Origin: a virus
Strand: one strand, 5' to 3'
Length of the DNA stretch: 64,000 nt
IMG/VR virus record: IMGVR_UViG_3300036398_002324
Shown: piece by piece, positions 48,389 through 56,907 of the stretch
Layout: each line of letters begins with the position of its first letter
Position numbering within the stretch: the stretch's first letter is position 1
Made by a program: the position numbers and the translations under genes
The notes under the pieces: generated by a model
Database searches by the model: none
The model's input: the letters and a program-made list of their open reading frames with translations, nothing else
Told to the model about the DNA's origin: nothing

Positions 48389-49240
48389 ATGAAATCTATT
48401 TTGACGTTGAGTCACTTTCACAGTGACTATCCTTTTAACTTTCATTCTTCTTGGATGAAAGTATCTCATGCTGGTGATGTTGCATTTCAAAATCCTCAGT
48501 TCGAACAATATTCAATCAACACATCATTAGCAGAAGACCGCATTCAGAAATATCAAAAGTATTATCCTGACGTTTCTGAAAAGAATTTTTTGAAAGCAAT
48601 GGGACAACAAGCTACCGAATATTGGCTTTGGAAAAATTGTAATGCAGACTACATTGGCTGCACAACCTACCGTCGCTATCTGTTAATAGAAGGCGCACAG
48701 CCAGAAGATGTAGACACCGCAAAGATTGTTTATCCAACAGACCCAAATCATATTAATTTTCTTTCTTCCGACATTCAGAAAGAAAAAGCACTTGATATTC
48801 TGGACAGTTATGATATAATAACAAATACACGTTCGATTATACCCTGGTCAGTTGAACGACAATATTTGGCATCTGAGCCACAAGAATATTGGGATTTGTT
48901 TATAGAAGGAATTCTAGAATTATTTCCAGAGTATAAGAAATCGATTGATTGGTTTCAAGGTAACCATGTAAACTATGAGACAACTTACATCATGCGTAAA
49001 GATTATTTCAGAAAATACGCAAGTGAATACTTTGCAATAATGGAATATATTTGGCAGAAAACTGACAACACGTATCCGACACAAGAATATTTGATTCAGA
49101 ACAATAAAACGTTAGGATGGTATCATCATCAAGGAAGTCCATGGCGTTATCCTGGATTTTTAGGCGAAAGATTCTTTCCTTTCTTTGTTGCGGCTAATGA
49201 AATGAAAGCACACTATGTCCCTTTGGTTTTGTTTACTTGA
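48389..49240 (+). CDS. DUF4422-like putative glycosyltransferase
   Basis: YWLWKN..ADYIG...YRRY; YIMRK..F..Y; GFLGERF. Confidence 0.6.
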   Translation: MKSILTLSHFHSDYPFNFHSSWMKVSHAGDVAFQNPQFEQYSINTSLAEDRIQKYQKYYPDVSEKNFLKAMGQQATEYWLWKNCNADYIGCTTYRRYLLIEGAQPEDVDTAKIVYPTDPNHINFLSSDIQKEKALDILDSYDIITNTRSIIPWSVERQYLASEPQEYWDLFIEGILELFPEYKKSIDWFQGNHVNYETTYIMRKDYFRKYASEYFAIMEYIWQKTDNTYPTQEYLIQNNKTLGWYHHQGSPWRYPGFLGERFFPFFVAANEMKAHYVPLVLFT

Positions 49241-49279
49241 TTTTTCGATGATTCCTACATAGCGAGTGAGTGCTTACTT

Positions 49280-49768
49280 ATGAAATATAAATTTATCAAA
49301 GCGCACATGAAAGCGGCAGAAGTATATGCTGAACTTTCAACAGCAAAAAGATTGCAAGTGGGATGCGTAATCGTCAAAGAGAATACAATCATTGGTATTG
49401 GTTATAATGGTATGCCCAGTGGATGGGACAATGATTGTGAAGAAATCGAGTATGTCTTAAAAGATGAATGTCAACAGAGTGACCGATTTATGCTACACAA
49501 TGGCTATACCGAAAATGCTCATGGTTGGAGTAAATTACATTCTAAAAAAGAAGTTCTTCATGCTGAGACAAATGCAATTGCTAAAGTTTCTCGGTCAACA
49601 AACACAAGTGACGGTGCAAGTTTATTTGTTACTCACGCACCATGCTTAGAGTGTGCTAAAATAATATATCAAGCAGGAATTAAGGAGGTGTATTACAAGA
49701 ATGATTATCGAAGTGTAGATGGTATTAATTTTCTAAAAAAATGTGAAATTGAAGTTGTTCAAGTTTAA
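49280..49768 (+). CDS. dCMP deaminase
   Basis: VGCVIV, GYNG.P, HAETNAI, PCLEC. Confidence 0.9.
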   Translation: MKYKFIKAHMKAAEVYAELSTAKRLQVGCVIVKENTIIGIGYNGMPSGWDNDCEEIEYVLKDECQQSDRFMLHNGYTENAHGWSKLHSKKEVLHAETNAIAKVSRSTNTSDGASLFVTHAPCLECAKIIYQAGIKEVYYKNDYRSVDGINFLKKCEIEVVQV

Positions 49769-49787
49769 TAACAAAAAGGAGAGCGTT

Positions 49788-50018
49788 ATGAGCATTATCG
49801 CCAAAATCGCAAAGCAACTTGCTGAAGCTAATCCAAAACTTCCTAAAGCTTACAAGTATGACCTTGCAATGAGAGAGTTCGACAACAAAGTGGAACTTAT
49901 TGGTCTGGTTGATGACCCAACTTATAATATCGAAGACTTTCGCGGCCGCGAAATGTTGTTTCCTAAAAAATGGGTAACACTTGATGTTCTTGAATCTACT
50001 ACACAGGTGACAGTATGA
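49788..50018 (+). CDS. Hypothetical protein
   Basis: AAGGAG RBS before ATG 49788. Confidence 0.6.
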   Translation: MSIIAKIAKQLAEANPKLPKAYKYDLAMREFDNKVELIGLVDDPTYNIEDFRGREMLFPKKWVTLDVLESTTQVTV

Positions 50019-50323
50019 GTGAAATTAAATGTTTTACTTTTAAAACTCATCAAACTATCATGGGTGAAGTCACAGATGATGGTAATATTGGCTTCACACT
50101 TAAAAATCCTATGCAAGTGATTGCTGTTCCACCACGTTCAGCAAATGATTCTGGTGGAGTTGGTTTTGCACCATATCTTGCTTTTGTTGAAGAGTTTGAT
50201 AGAGGAATCAATTTTAAATATGATGATGTTCTGACTGTCAATACACCCGTGGCGGATTTACTCAGTCAATATAATCGCATGTTTAGTCGTATTGAAATCG
50301 CACCAGCAGGATTAAAATTGTAA
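50015..50323 (+). CDS. Conserved T4-like hypothetical protein (Sm-like)
   Basis: Coupled on both sides; P...L..QY...FS.I pattern common before gp43. Confidence 0.6.
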   Translation: MSEIKCFTFKTHQTIMGEVTDDGNIGFTLKNPMQVIAVPPRSANDSGGVGFAPYLAFVEEFDRGINFKYDDVLTVNTPVADLLSQYNRMFSRIEIAPAGLKL

Positions 50324-52866
50324 TGTCAAAATATTACACGAATGTTTGTGTCCACAACAATCACATATTGTTTCGTGGTGTAAATAACGGTCGGAGAGTA
50401 AAGAGCAAAGTCAAATACTCTCCGACTTTGTTTTTGAAGTCTAATAAACCGTCCAAATGGAATTCATTATTCAATGAACCATTGGAGCCAATGACCTTTG
50501 ATACTATTAGGGAGGCACGTGATTTTGTCAAACGTTATGAAGATGTTTCAAACTTTCAAATCTTTGGCAATACAAGGTATGAATACGCCTTTATTGCTGA
50601 CAATTTTAGAGGTAACATTGATTGGGATATTTCTGATTTATCTATCGCTTTCATAGATATCGAAGTTGGTTCTGAAAATGGATTTCCTGACCCATACAAA
50701 GCAACAGAACCAATCACTGCAATTGGTATTCATCAGTTAAATGGTGGTACTACAGTCTATGGTTGTGGAACTTATAAAAATAATCGTGATGATGTTGACT
50801 ACATTTTATGTGAAGATGAAATTGACCTTTGTGAAAAGTTTCTTGCTGATTGGACAAGCAATTGCCCTGATGTTCTTACTGGTTGGAATATCAAGTTCTT
50901 TGATGTTCCTTATCTTATCAATCGTTTCAAACGTATACTTGGCGAAGATGATGTAAAGAAACTCTCTCCTTGGGAAATCATTTCCGACCGTGAGTTGACT
51001 TTCAAAGGTAAGAAACAAACCGCATATGAAATCGTTGGCGTTGCAGCACTTGATTATCTTGAGTTGTACCAATGGTATGCTCCTGGTGGTAAGAATGTTG
51101 AAAACTACAAACTTGAAACGATTGCAAGTAATGAGTTGGATGAAACTAAGTTGTCATATGATGAGTATGATAATCTTCATCAGCTATACAAGTTAGACTA
51201 TCAAAAGTTTATTGACTATAATATCAAAGACGTTCATCTTGTTCTTGCACTTGAAGATAAGTTGAAGTTGATTGAACTTGCACTTACTCTTGCATATGAT
51301 ACCAAATCAAACTTCGGCGATGTATTTGCACAAACAAGAATGTGGGATGCATTGATTTATAACTATCTGCTTGATAAACAAATCATCGTACCACCAAGAA
51401 GAGTTGTAAAAAAGAACGAAGCTTTTGAGGGTGCGTATGTCAAAGACCCGCAAGTTGGTTTGCATGATTATGTGGCATCGTTTGACTTGAACAGTCTGTA
51501 TCCACACCTAATCATGCAGTACAATATTAGTCCCGAAACGTTGATTGATAACTCAAACTATTCTCCGGATATGCGTAAGCTTTCATCTGAGGCTTCTGTA
51601 GATAGTTTGCTTGATAAAAGAGTAGACACATCGGTGCTAAAAGATGTGACGATTACTCCGAACGGACAATTCTTTCGTACAGATAAACAGGGCTTTCTTC
51701 CTAAGATGATGTCTGAGATGTATGATGACCGAAAGAAGTTCAAGAAAGAGATGCTGAAGGCTCAACAAGAATATGAGAATGAAACAGACAAGAAAAAGAG
51801 AAAAGAAATTGAAAAACTGATTGCACGTTATAACAATCTACAACTTGCAAAGAAAGTTTCATTGAACTCTGCTTATGGTATCATGGGTTCACAATACTTC
51901 CGTTTCTATGATTTGCGTATTGCTCTTGCTGTAACACAAACCGGTCAGCTATCGATTCGTTGGATTGAAAACAAGCTGAATGAGTATATGAATGATGTAC
52001 TCAAATCAAATAATGATTATGTAATTGCATCAGACACAGATTCGATTTATTTAAATCTTGGTCCTCTTGTAAAGAAAGTATATGGCGTAGATGGTAAAGT
52101 AACTTTGTCTGGTGCAAAAGCAATTGAATTCATGGACAAAGTTTGTGAGCAAAAAATTCAGCCATATATTGACAAGTCATATCAAGAACTTGCTGATTAC
52201 GTTCATGCGTATGAACAGAAGATGCAGATGAAACGTGAGGGTCTTTCAGACAAAGGTATCTGGACTGCAAAGAAAAGATACATTCTGAATGTGTATAACA
52301 ACGAAGGTGTTCAGTACGCCAAACCAAAACTCAAAGTTATGGGTCTTGAGATGGTAAAGTCATCAACACCAACTGTTGTGCGTGACAAGATGTATAAGCT
52401 GATTGATTTGGTAGTCAACACAGATGAAGAAACAGTTCAACAATTTATTGCCGACTTCAGAGAAGAGTTTAAAACATTACCTGTAGAAGATGTATCTTTT
52501 CCTCGTGGATGCAATGGTCTGTCTGAATATTCTGATTCCGTTACAATATATAAAAAGGGAACACCAATTCATGTCAAGGGTGCGATACTATACAATCACT
52601 ATCTAAAACAGTATAAGCTTACCAACAAGTATCCATCTGTAAAAGAAGGTGAGAAGTTAAAGTTTACTTACTTGAAAACACCAAATCCAATCAGAGATAT
52701 GGTAATATCTTTCCCAACGAGATTGCCAAAAGAGTTTGACCTACAAGAATATATTGATTATGATATGCAGTTTGAAAAAACTTTTCTAGACCCAATCAAA
52801 TTGATTTTAAATTGTATTGATTGGAAAACAGAAAAGCAATCTACACTTGAAGACTTTTTCTCATGA
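50323..52866 (+). CDS. gp43: Family B DNA polymerase gp43
   Basis: DIEV exonuclease, SFDLNSLYPH, KVSLNSAYG, SDTDS, KKRY; unsplit, no intein. Confidence 0.97.
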   Translation: MSKYYTNVCVHNNHILFRGVNNGRRVKSKVKYSPTLFLKSNKPSKWNSLFNEPLEPMTFDTIREARDFVKRYEDVSNFQIFGNTRYEYAFIADNFRGNIDWDISDLSIAFIDIEVGSENGFPDPYKATEPITAIGIHQLNGGTTVYGCGTYKNNRDDVDYILCEDEIDLCEKFLADWTSNCPDVLTGWNIKFFDVPYLINRFKRILGEDDVKKLSPWEIISDRELTFKGKKQTAYEIVGVAALDYLELYQWYAPGGKNVENYKLETIASNELDETKLSYDEYDNLHQLYKLDYQKFIDYNIKDVHLVLALEDKLKLIELALTLAYDTKSNFGDVFAQTRMWDALIYNYLLDKQIIVPPRRVVKKNEAFEGAYVKDPQVGLHDYVASFDLNSLYPHLIMQYNISPETLIDNSNYSPDMRKLSSEASVDSLLDKRVDTSVLKDVTITPNGQFFRTDKQGFLPKMMSEMYDDRKKFKKEMLKAQQEYENETDKKKRKEIEKLIARYNNLQLAKKVSLNSAYGIMGSQYFRFYDLRIALAVTQTGQLSIRWIENKLNEYMNDVLKSNNDYVIASDTDSIYLNLGPLVKKVYGVDGKVTLSGAKAIEFMDKVCEQKIQPYIDKSYQELADYVHAYEQKMQMKREGLSDKGIWTAKKRYILNVYNNEGVQYAKPKLKVMGLEMVKSSTPTVVRDKMYKLIDLVVNTDEETVQQFIADFREEFKTLPVEDVSFPRGCNGLSEYSDSVTIYKKGTPIHVKGAILYNHYLKQYKLTNKYPSVKEGEKLKFTYLKTPNPIRDMVISFPTRLPKEFDLQEYIDYDMQFEKTFLDPIKLILNCIDWKTEKQSTLEDFFS

Positions 52867-53408
52867 AGAATATACGAATCATCAAAACTGGTATTAATGT
52901 TTCAAAAATACTGAAACAACTGAATGATAATCCTGGAGATTGGAATTATCAACAAAAGATGCCAGATACCAAAGTATTAGACCCACACACTTATATAAGT
53001 CAAGCTGCTGTTCTTCAACTTGTTATTGGCACAATCACTCATCCAGATGAATATGTTTTTGACTCTGAGGGATGTATTCCTGCGCCACCATATCAACGTC
53101 ACACTGAAGCTGTTGGTTTTCTGAAGAGGCACTTTAAAGAGTTTAAACGTGCTGGATTCTTAGCATTACCACCAGGCGGTGTAACTGGCGCACATGTAGA
53201 CTTTGGTAAGTATTATCTGAATAAAGATAGATATCATCTTTCAATACAAGGCACTTATGAATATGTTGTTGGTGATGAAAAAATTATTGTTGAGCCAGGA
53301 ACTCTATTTTGGTTTAATAATAAGTTAGAACACTCAGCAAAAAATATTGGAACTATTGATAGAATTGTTTTAGTGTTTGATGTTCCACACGCAAAAGAAA
53401 ATCCATGA
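52863..53408 (+). CDS. Fe(II)/2OG oxygenase, Asp/Asn beta-hydroxylase-like
   Basis: HVDFG (HxD), RYHLSI, WFNNK..HSA.N....RI.LVFD. Confidence 0.75.
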   Translation: MKNIRIIKTGINVSKILKQLNDNPGDWNYQQKMPDTKVLDPHTYISQAAVLQLVIGTITHPDEYVFDSEGCIPAPPYQRHTEAVGFLKRHFKEFKRAGFLALPPGGVTGAHVDFGKYYLNKDRYHLSIQGTYEYVVGDEKIIVEPGTLFWFNNKLEHSAKNIGTIDRIVLVFDVPHAKENP

Positions 53409-54304
53409 TACAAGTCATCTTACCTTTTTTGACTGCACTTGCGCTGTCTGGTATTGCAGCATACTATTCAGTGATAGGTCTTGCTCAGATATTTCCTGGC
53501 TCATACTGGCCAATTATCATTATGGGTTCTGTACTTGAAGCAGCAAAACTAGTAACTGTATCATGGGTATACAATCATTGGAAAGAAACATTCTCTGCTT
53601 TAAAAGTCTATTTCTTGATTGCTGTAATATTACTCATGGGAATCACTTCAATGGGCATTTTTGGTTATCTTTCAAAAGCACACATTGAACATTCATCAAC
53701 GATTGCACCACAAGTAGCAAAGGTAGAAATATATGACGAAAAAATTAAATCGCTCCAAGCGACCATTGAGAGGAATGACAAGAACCTTAATCAGTATGAT
53801 GAAGCTGTCGACCAAATTATGGGCAGGTCGAAAGACGAAAGGGGTGCCGAGAGGGCATCACAGATACGCAAAGCCCAACAGAAAGACCGTCAGAGAATCG
53901 CTGCTGAGAATGCAGGGCTTCAAAAAGAGATTCAGAAACTTACAGAAGAAAAGCTTCCTTTATCCTTGGAAGTTAAGAAGGCTGAATCAGACTTGGGACC
54001 TATCAAGTACGTTGCCGAGGTAGTATATGGTACGCAAGACCATGATTTAATTGACAAAGCAGTTCGATTGGTAATCTTTGTCATTATTATTGTTTTTGAC
54101 CCACTTGCTGTGTTGTTATTAATTGCAGCAAATCAAACATACCGTGGATTGAAAAAAGAAGAACCCGAACTAGTAAAAAAGGTTACAAAGAAAAAAAAGA
54201 TTGACACAACACCAACAAATAGTTTAGAATCATTCTTTAATGACAAAGTTACAATACACAAAGATAATATAGCAAATATCGGAGATAAGTTGGATGAAAC
54301 ATGA
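53405..54304 (+). CDS. Membrane protein with coiled coil
   Basis: Three N-terminal and one C-terminal hydrophobic helices; GIFGYLSKAH; FDPLAV. Confidence 0.7.
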   Translation: MIQVILPFLTALALSGIAAYYSVIGLAQIFPGSYWPIIIMGSVLEAAKLVTVSWVYNHWKETFSALKVYFLIAVILLMGITSMGIFGYLSKAHIEHSSTIAPQVAKVEIYDEKIKSLQATIERNDKNLNQYDEAVDQIMGRSKDERGAERASQIRKAQQKDRQRIAAENAGLQKEIQKLTEEKLPLSLEVKKAESDLGPIKYVAEVVYGTQDHDLIDKAVRLVIFVIIIVFDPLAVLLLIAANQTYRGLKKEEPELVKKVTKKKKIDTTPTNSLESFFNDKVTIHKDNIANIGDKLDET

Positions 54305-55106
54305 TTTTGAAATAAAGCAGATATCAAAATTTGATGCGACTGAGTTTATTCAAAAATATCATTATTCTCCTGTTATGCCCTCTATAACAAAACATTTTTT
54401 AGGTTTTTTTATAAAAGAAGAATTGAAGGGTGTTTTAACTCTAGGTTGGGGCACACAACCCAGACAAACTATTAATAAGATGTTTCCTGGTCTTGAATCA
54501 AAAGACTATTTTGAGATAGGTAAAATGTGTATGTCTGAAGATATGCCACGAAATTCTGAATCTCAAATGATTTCCGGCATCATAAAATGGATGAAACAAA
54601 ATACTAAATGTTTATTCCTATACACCATGGCAGACGGAATAATGGGAAAATGTGGCTACGTATATCAAGCATCAAATTTTTATTTTGGTGAAAAATATTG
54701 GACAAGTGTTTATATGATGGAAAATGGTGAAAAATTGCATCCAAGGTCAACTAAAGAATTGTGTAAAGAAAATGCCATTTTTTCTAATAAATCTAAAATT
54801 TTTTGGTTAACCAAAGACTTTATGAAACAAAAAGGTATTAAAAAAATTAATGGTTATATGTTTCGTTACATCTATCCTCTTAATAAAACAGCGAAGAATA
54901 TGATGAAAACTAAGTCATCTTTGGATTGGACTCTGAACTATCCAAAAGATAAAGATTTAGAATGGTATGATGTAACAGATACAAAAAATAAACAAAAAAT
55001 CCAACAACCAGCTTTTACTTTTGAAGCCGCCAAATATAATATCAAAAATATTGAGTCACATAAGAGAAACGTATCATCGACATTAGAAGAATTTTTTGTG
55101 GAATAA
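54294..55106 (+). CDS. Mom-like GNAT-fold DNA-modifying acyltransferase
   Basis: FIQKYHYS, EIGKMC....PRNSES..IS, YTMAD...G..GYVYQASNF match Mom-family motifs. Confidence 0.7.
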   Translation: MKHDFEIKQISKFDATEFIQKYHYSPVMPSITKHFLGFFIKEELKGVLTLGWGTQPRQTINKMFPGLESKDYFEIGKMCMSEDMPRNSESQMISGIIKWMKQNTKCLFLYTMADGIMGKCGYVYQASNFYFGEKYWTSVYMMENGEKLHPRSTKELCKENAIFSNKSKIFWLTKDFMKQKGIKKINGYMFRYIYPLNKTAKNMMKTKSSLDWTLNYPKDKDLEWYDVTDTKNKQKIQQPAFTFEAAKYNIKNIESHKRNVSSTLEEFFVE

Positions 55107-55108
55107 TT

Positions 55109-55555
55109 ATGGCTAAATTAACTGATGCATCAAAAGCAAACAAAAGCGGTCAAGAGTTGGAACGTAAACTTATGGATTTCTTAATTGAGAAAAAAATACC
55201 TTTTAAGAGACAGAGACCTAGACAACCCGAAATAGACTTTGTTATTGATAACACAATTTATGCGGATTGCACAAATCAGAATGTAGAAGGTTCGGTGCAA
55301 GAAAAAATACCACATAAGATATGGAAATATTATAAAAAATACGGTTACAAAGAAGTGTATATAATACGTGGTTTTCATATTCCCGACAGAAGCGTTATAC
55401 AACATTGTGATGAAATAGCAGAAAAATTTAACTTCAAATGGCATTTAGTAACTTTTGAAGAGTTTTGTGAAATTCTTGGATATGAAAGACCGAAATCTGC
55501 TTTTGGAAATCTTGAAAATTTTATTATAGAGGAAGAAGAAAATGAGTGTGCTTGA
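55109..55555 (+). CDS. PD-(D/E)XK restriction-endonuclease-like protein
   Basis: SGQELE (motif I), EIDFVI (II), ADCTNQ..EGS.QEK (III variant). Confidence 0.55.
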   Translation: MAKLTDASKANKSGQELERKLMDFLIEKKIPFKRQRPRQPEIDFVIDNTIYADCTNQNVEGSVQEKIPHKIWKYYKKYGYKEVYIIRGFHIPDRSVIQHCDEIAEKFNFKWHLVTFEEFCEILGYERPKSAFGNLENFIIEEEENECA

Positions 55556-56606
55556 TAAACTAAAAAAGAGTTCGACAATTAAAGAAAGTTCCATACTTTC
55601 AAAGTCGCAATTCTTTACAGAAAAAGATATGATACAGACAGATGTTCCTATGGTGAACGTTGCTTTGTCTGGTAGTTTAGACGGTGGTTTGACACCAGGA
55701 CTAACTATGTTTGCTGGACCATCAAAACATTTTAAAACAGCGTTTGCTTTGTTGATGGCATCTGCGTACATGAAGAAGTATAAAGATGCTGTTGTTTTGT
55801 TTTATGATTCAGAGTTTGGTACACCACAGAAATACTTTGAAACTTTCAACATCGATACTGACCGTGTACTACACACACCAATCACTGACGTTGAACAGTT
55901 AAAACATGATATCATGAATCAACTACAAAGTATTGAAAAGAATGACCGAGTAATTATTATTCTCGATTCGATTGGCAATCTTGCATCAAAGAAAGAAGTT
56001 GATGATGCAACAGAAGGTAAGTCTGTTGCAGATATGTCACGTGCCAAACAAATCAAGAGTTTGTTTCGTATGATTACACCACATCTAACACTCAAAGATA
56101 TTCCTATGATTGTTGTCAATCACACATACAAAGAGATTGGCATGTTCCCTAAAGATATCGTTGGTGGTGGTACAGGTTCTTACTACTCTGCTGATACGAT
56201 TTGGATTCTTGGACGTCAACAAGATAAAGATGGCACTGAAATTGTAGGTTATAACTTTATCATTAATGTGGAAAAATCAAGATATGTTCGTGAAAAATCT
56301 AAGATACCTGTTACTGTATCTTTTGACGGTGGTATTAACAAGTGGTCTGGTCTTATGGATATTGCACTCGAAAGCAATTTCGTAACTAAGCCAAGTAATG
56401 GTTGGTATGCAAAGGTTGACCAAGATACGGGTGAAGTTTTGGAAAAAAAGCGTCTTGCAGATACACAAACTGAAGAATTTTGGAAAGATATCATTGCCGA
56501 CGAGAAATTCAAAGAATATGTGAGAAAAAAATATGAAATCACTTATAGCAACATTATGGGCGAAAATATTATTTTGGAAGAGGATGAAGACCCAGCTACA
56601 GCATAA
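55542..56606 (+). CDS. uvsX: RecA-like recombinase UvsX
   Basis: AGPSKHFKT, FYDSEFG, DSIGNLASKKE, ADMSRAK. Confidence 0.95.
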   Translation: MSVLDKLKKSSTIKESSILSKSQFFTEKDMIQTDVPMVNVALSGSLDGGLTPGLTMFAGPSKHFKTAFALLMASAYMKKYKDAVVLFYDSEFGTPQKYFETFNIDTDRVLHTPITDVEQLKHDIMNQLQSIEKNDRVIIILDSIGNLASKKEVDDATEGKSVADMSRAKQIKSLFRMITPHLTLKDIPMIVVNHTYKEIGMFPKDIVGGGTGSYYSADTIWILGRQQDKDGTEIVGYNFIINVEKSRYVREKSKIPVTVSFDGGINKWSGLMDIALESNFVTKPSNGWYAKVDQDTGEVLEKKRLADTQTEEFWKDIIADEKFKEYVRKKYEITYSNIMGENIILEEDEDPATA

Positions 56607-56907
56607 TGTTGATTACGTTTTAATTGATTCTGACGATGGTAAAAAAACGGGTGTCGGCATACTCAGAGGTAAGTATGCCGGCATTTTATATCATTATGGT
56701 AAAGTAAAGATTACCGAAGAAGAGATGTTTGCCAAGATGACTTTCGATTATAATATAGTCACTAGTCCAAAGATTGTAGTTGAGGAACTTATGAAAGACG
56801 ATGAGTTTCTTAACGTAATAGGTGATATACTAACAGATATTTTGATGAACCAAAGGACAAAGAATGAAGAGACTCGAAACTACGATTCTGAAGAATTTGA
56901 TATTTAA
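56584..56907 (+). CDS. Hypothetical protein between uvsX and gp41
   Basis: G.Y.GI.YHYG.V motif; ATG at 56584 likely; overlaps both neighbours. Confidence 0.6.
   Translation: MKTQLQHNVDYVLIDSDDGKKTGVGILRGKYAGILYHYGKVKITEEEMFAKMTFDYNIVTSPKIVVEELMKDDEFLNVIGDILTDILMNQRTKNEETRNYDSEEFDI

Noticed and set aside
53733-54023. Nested +1-frame ORF in the membrane protein (o-spanin-like?)
   Set aside because: No signal peptide or lipobox Cys; no clear RBS
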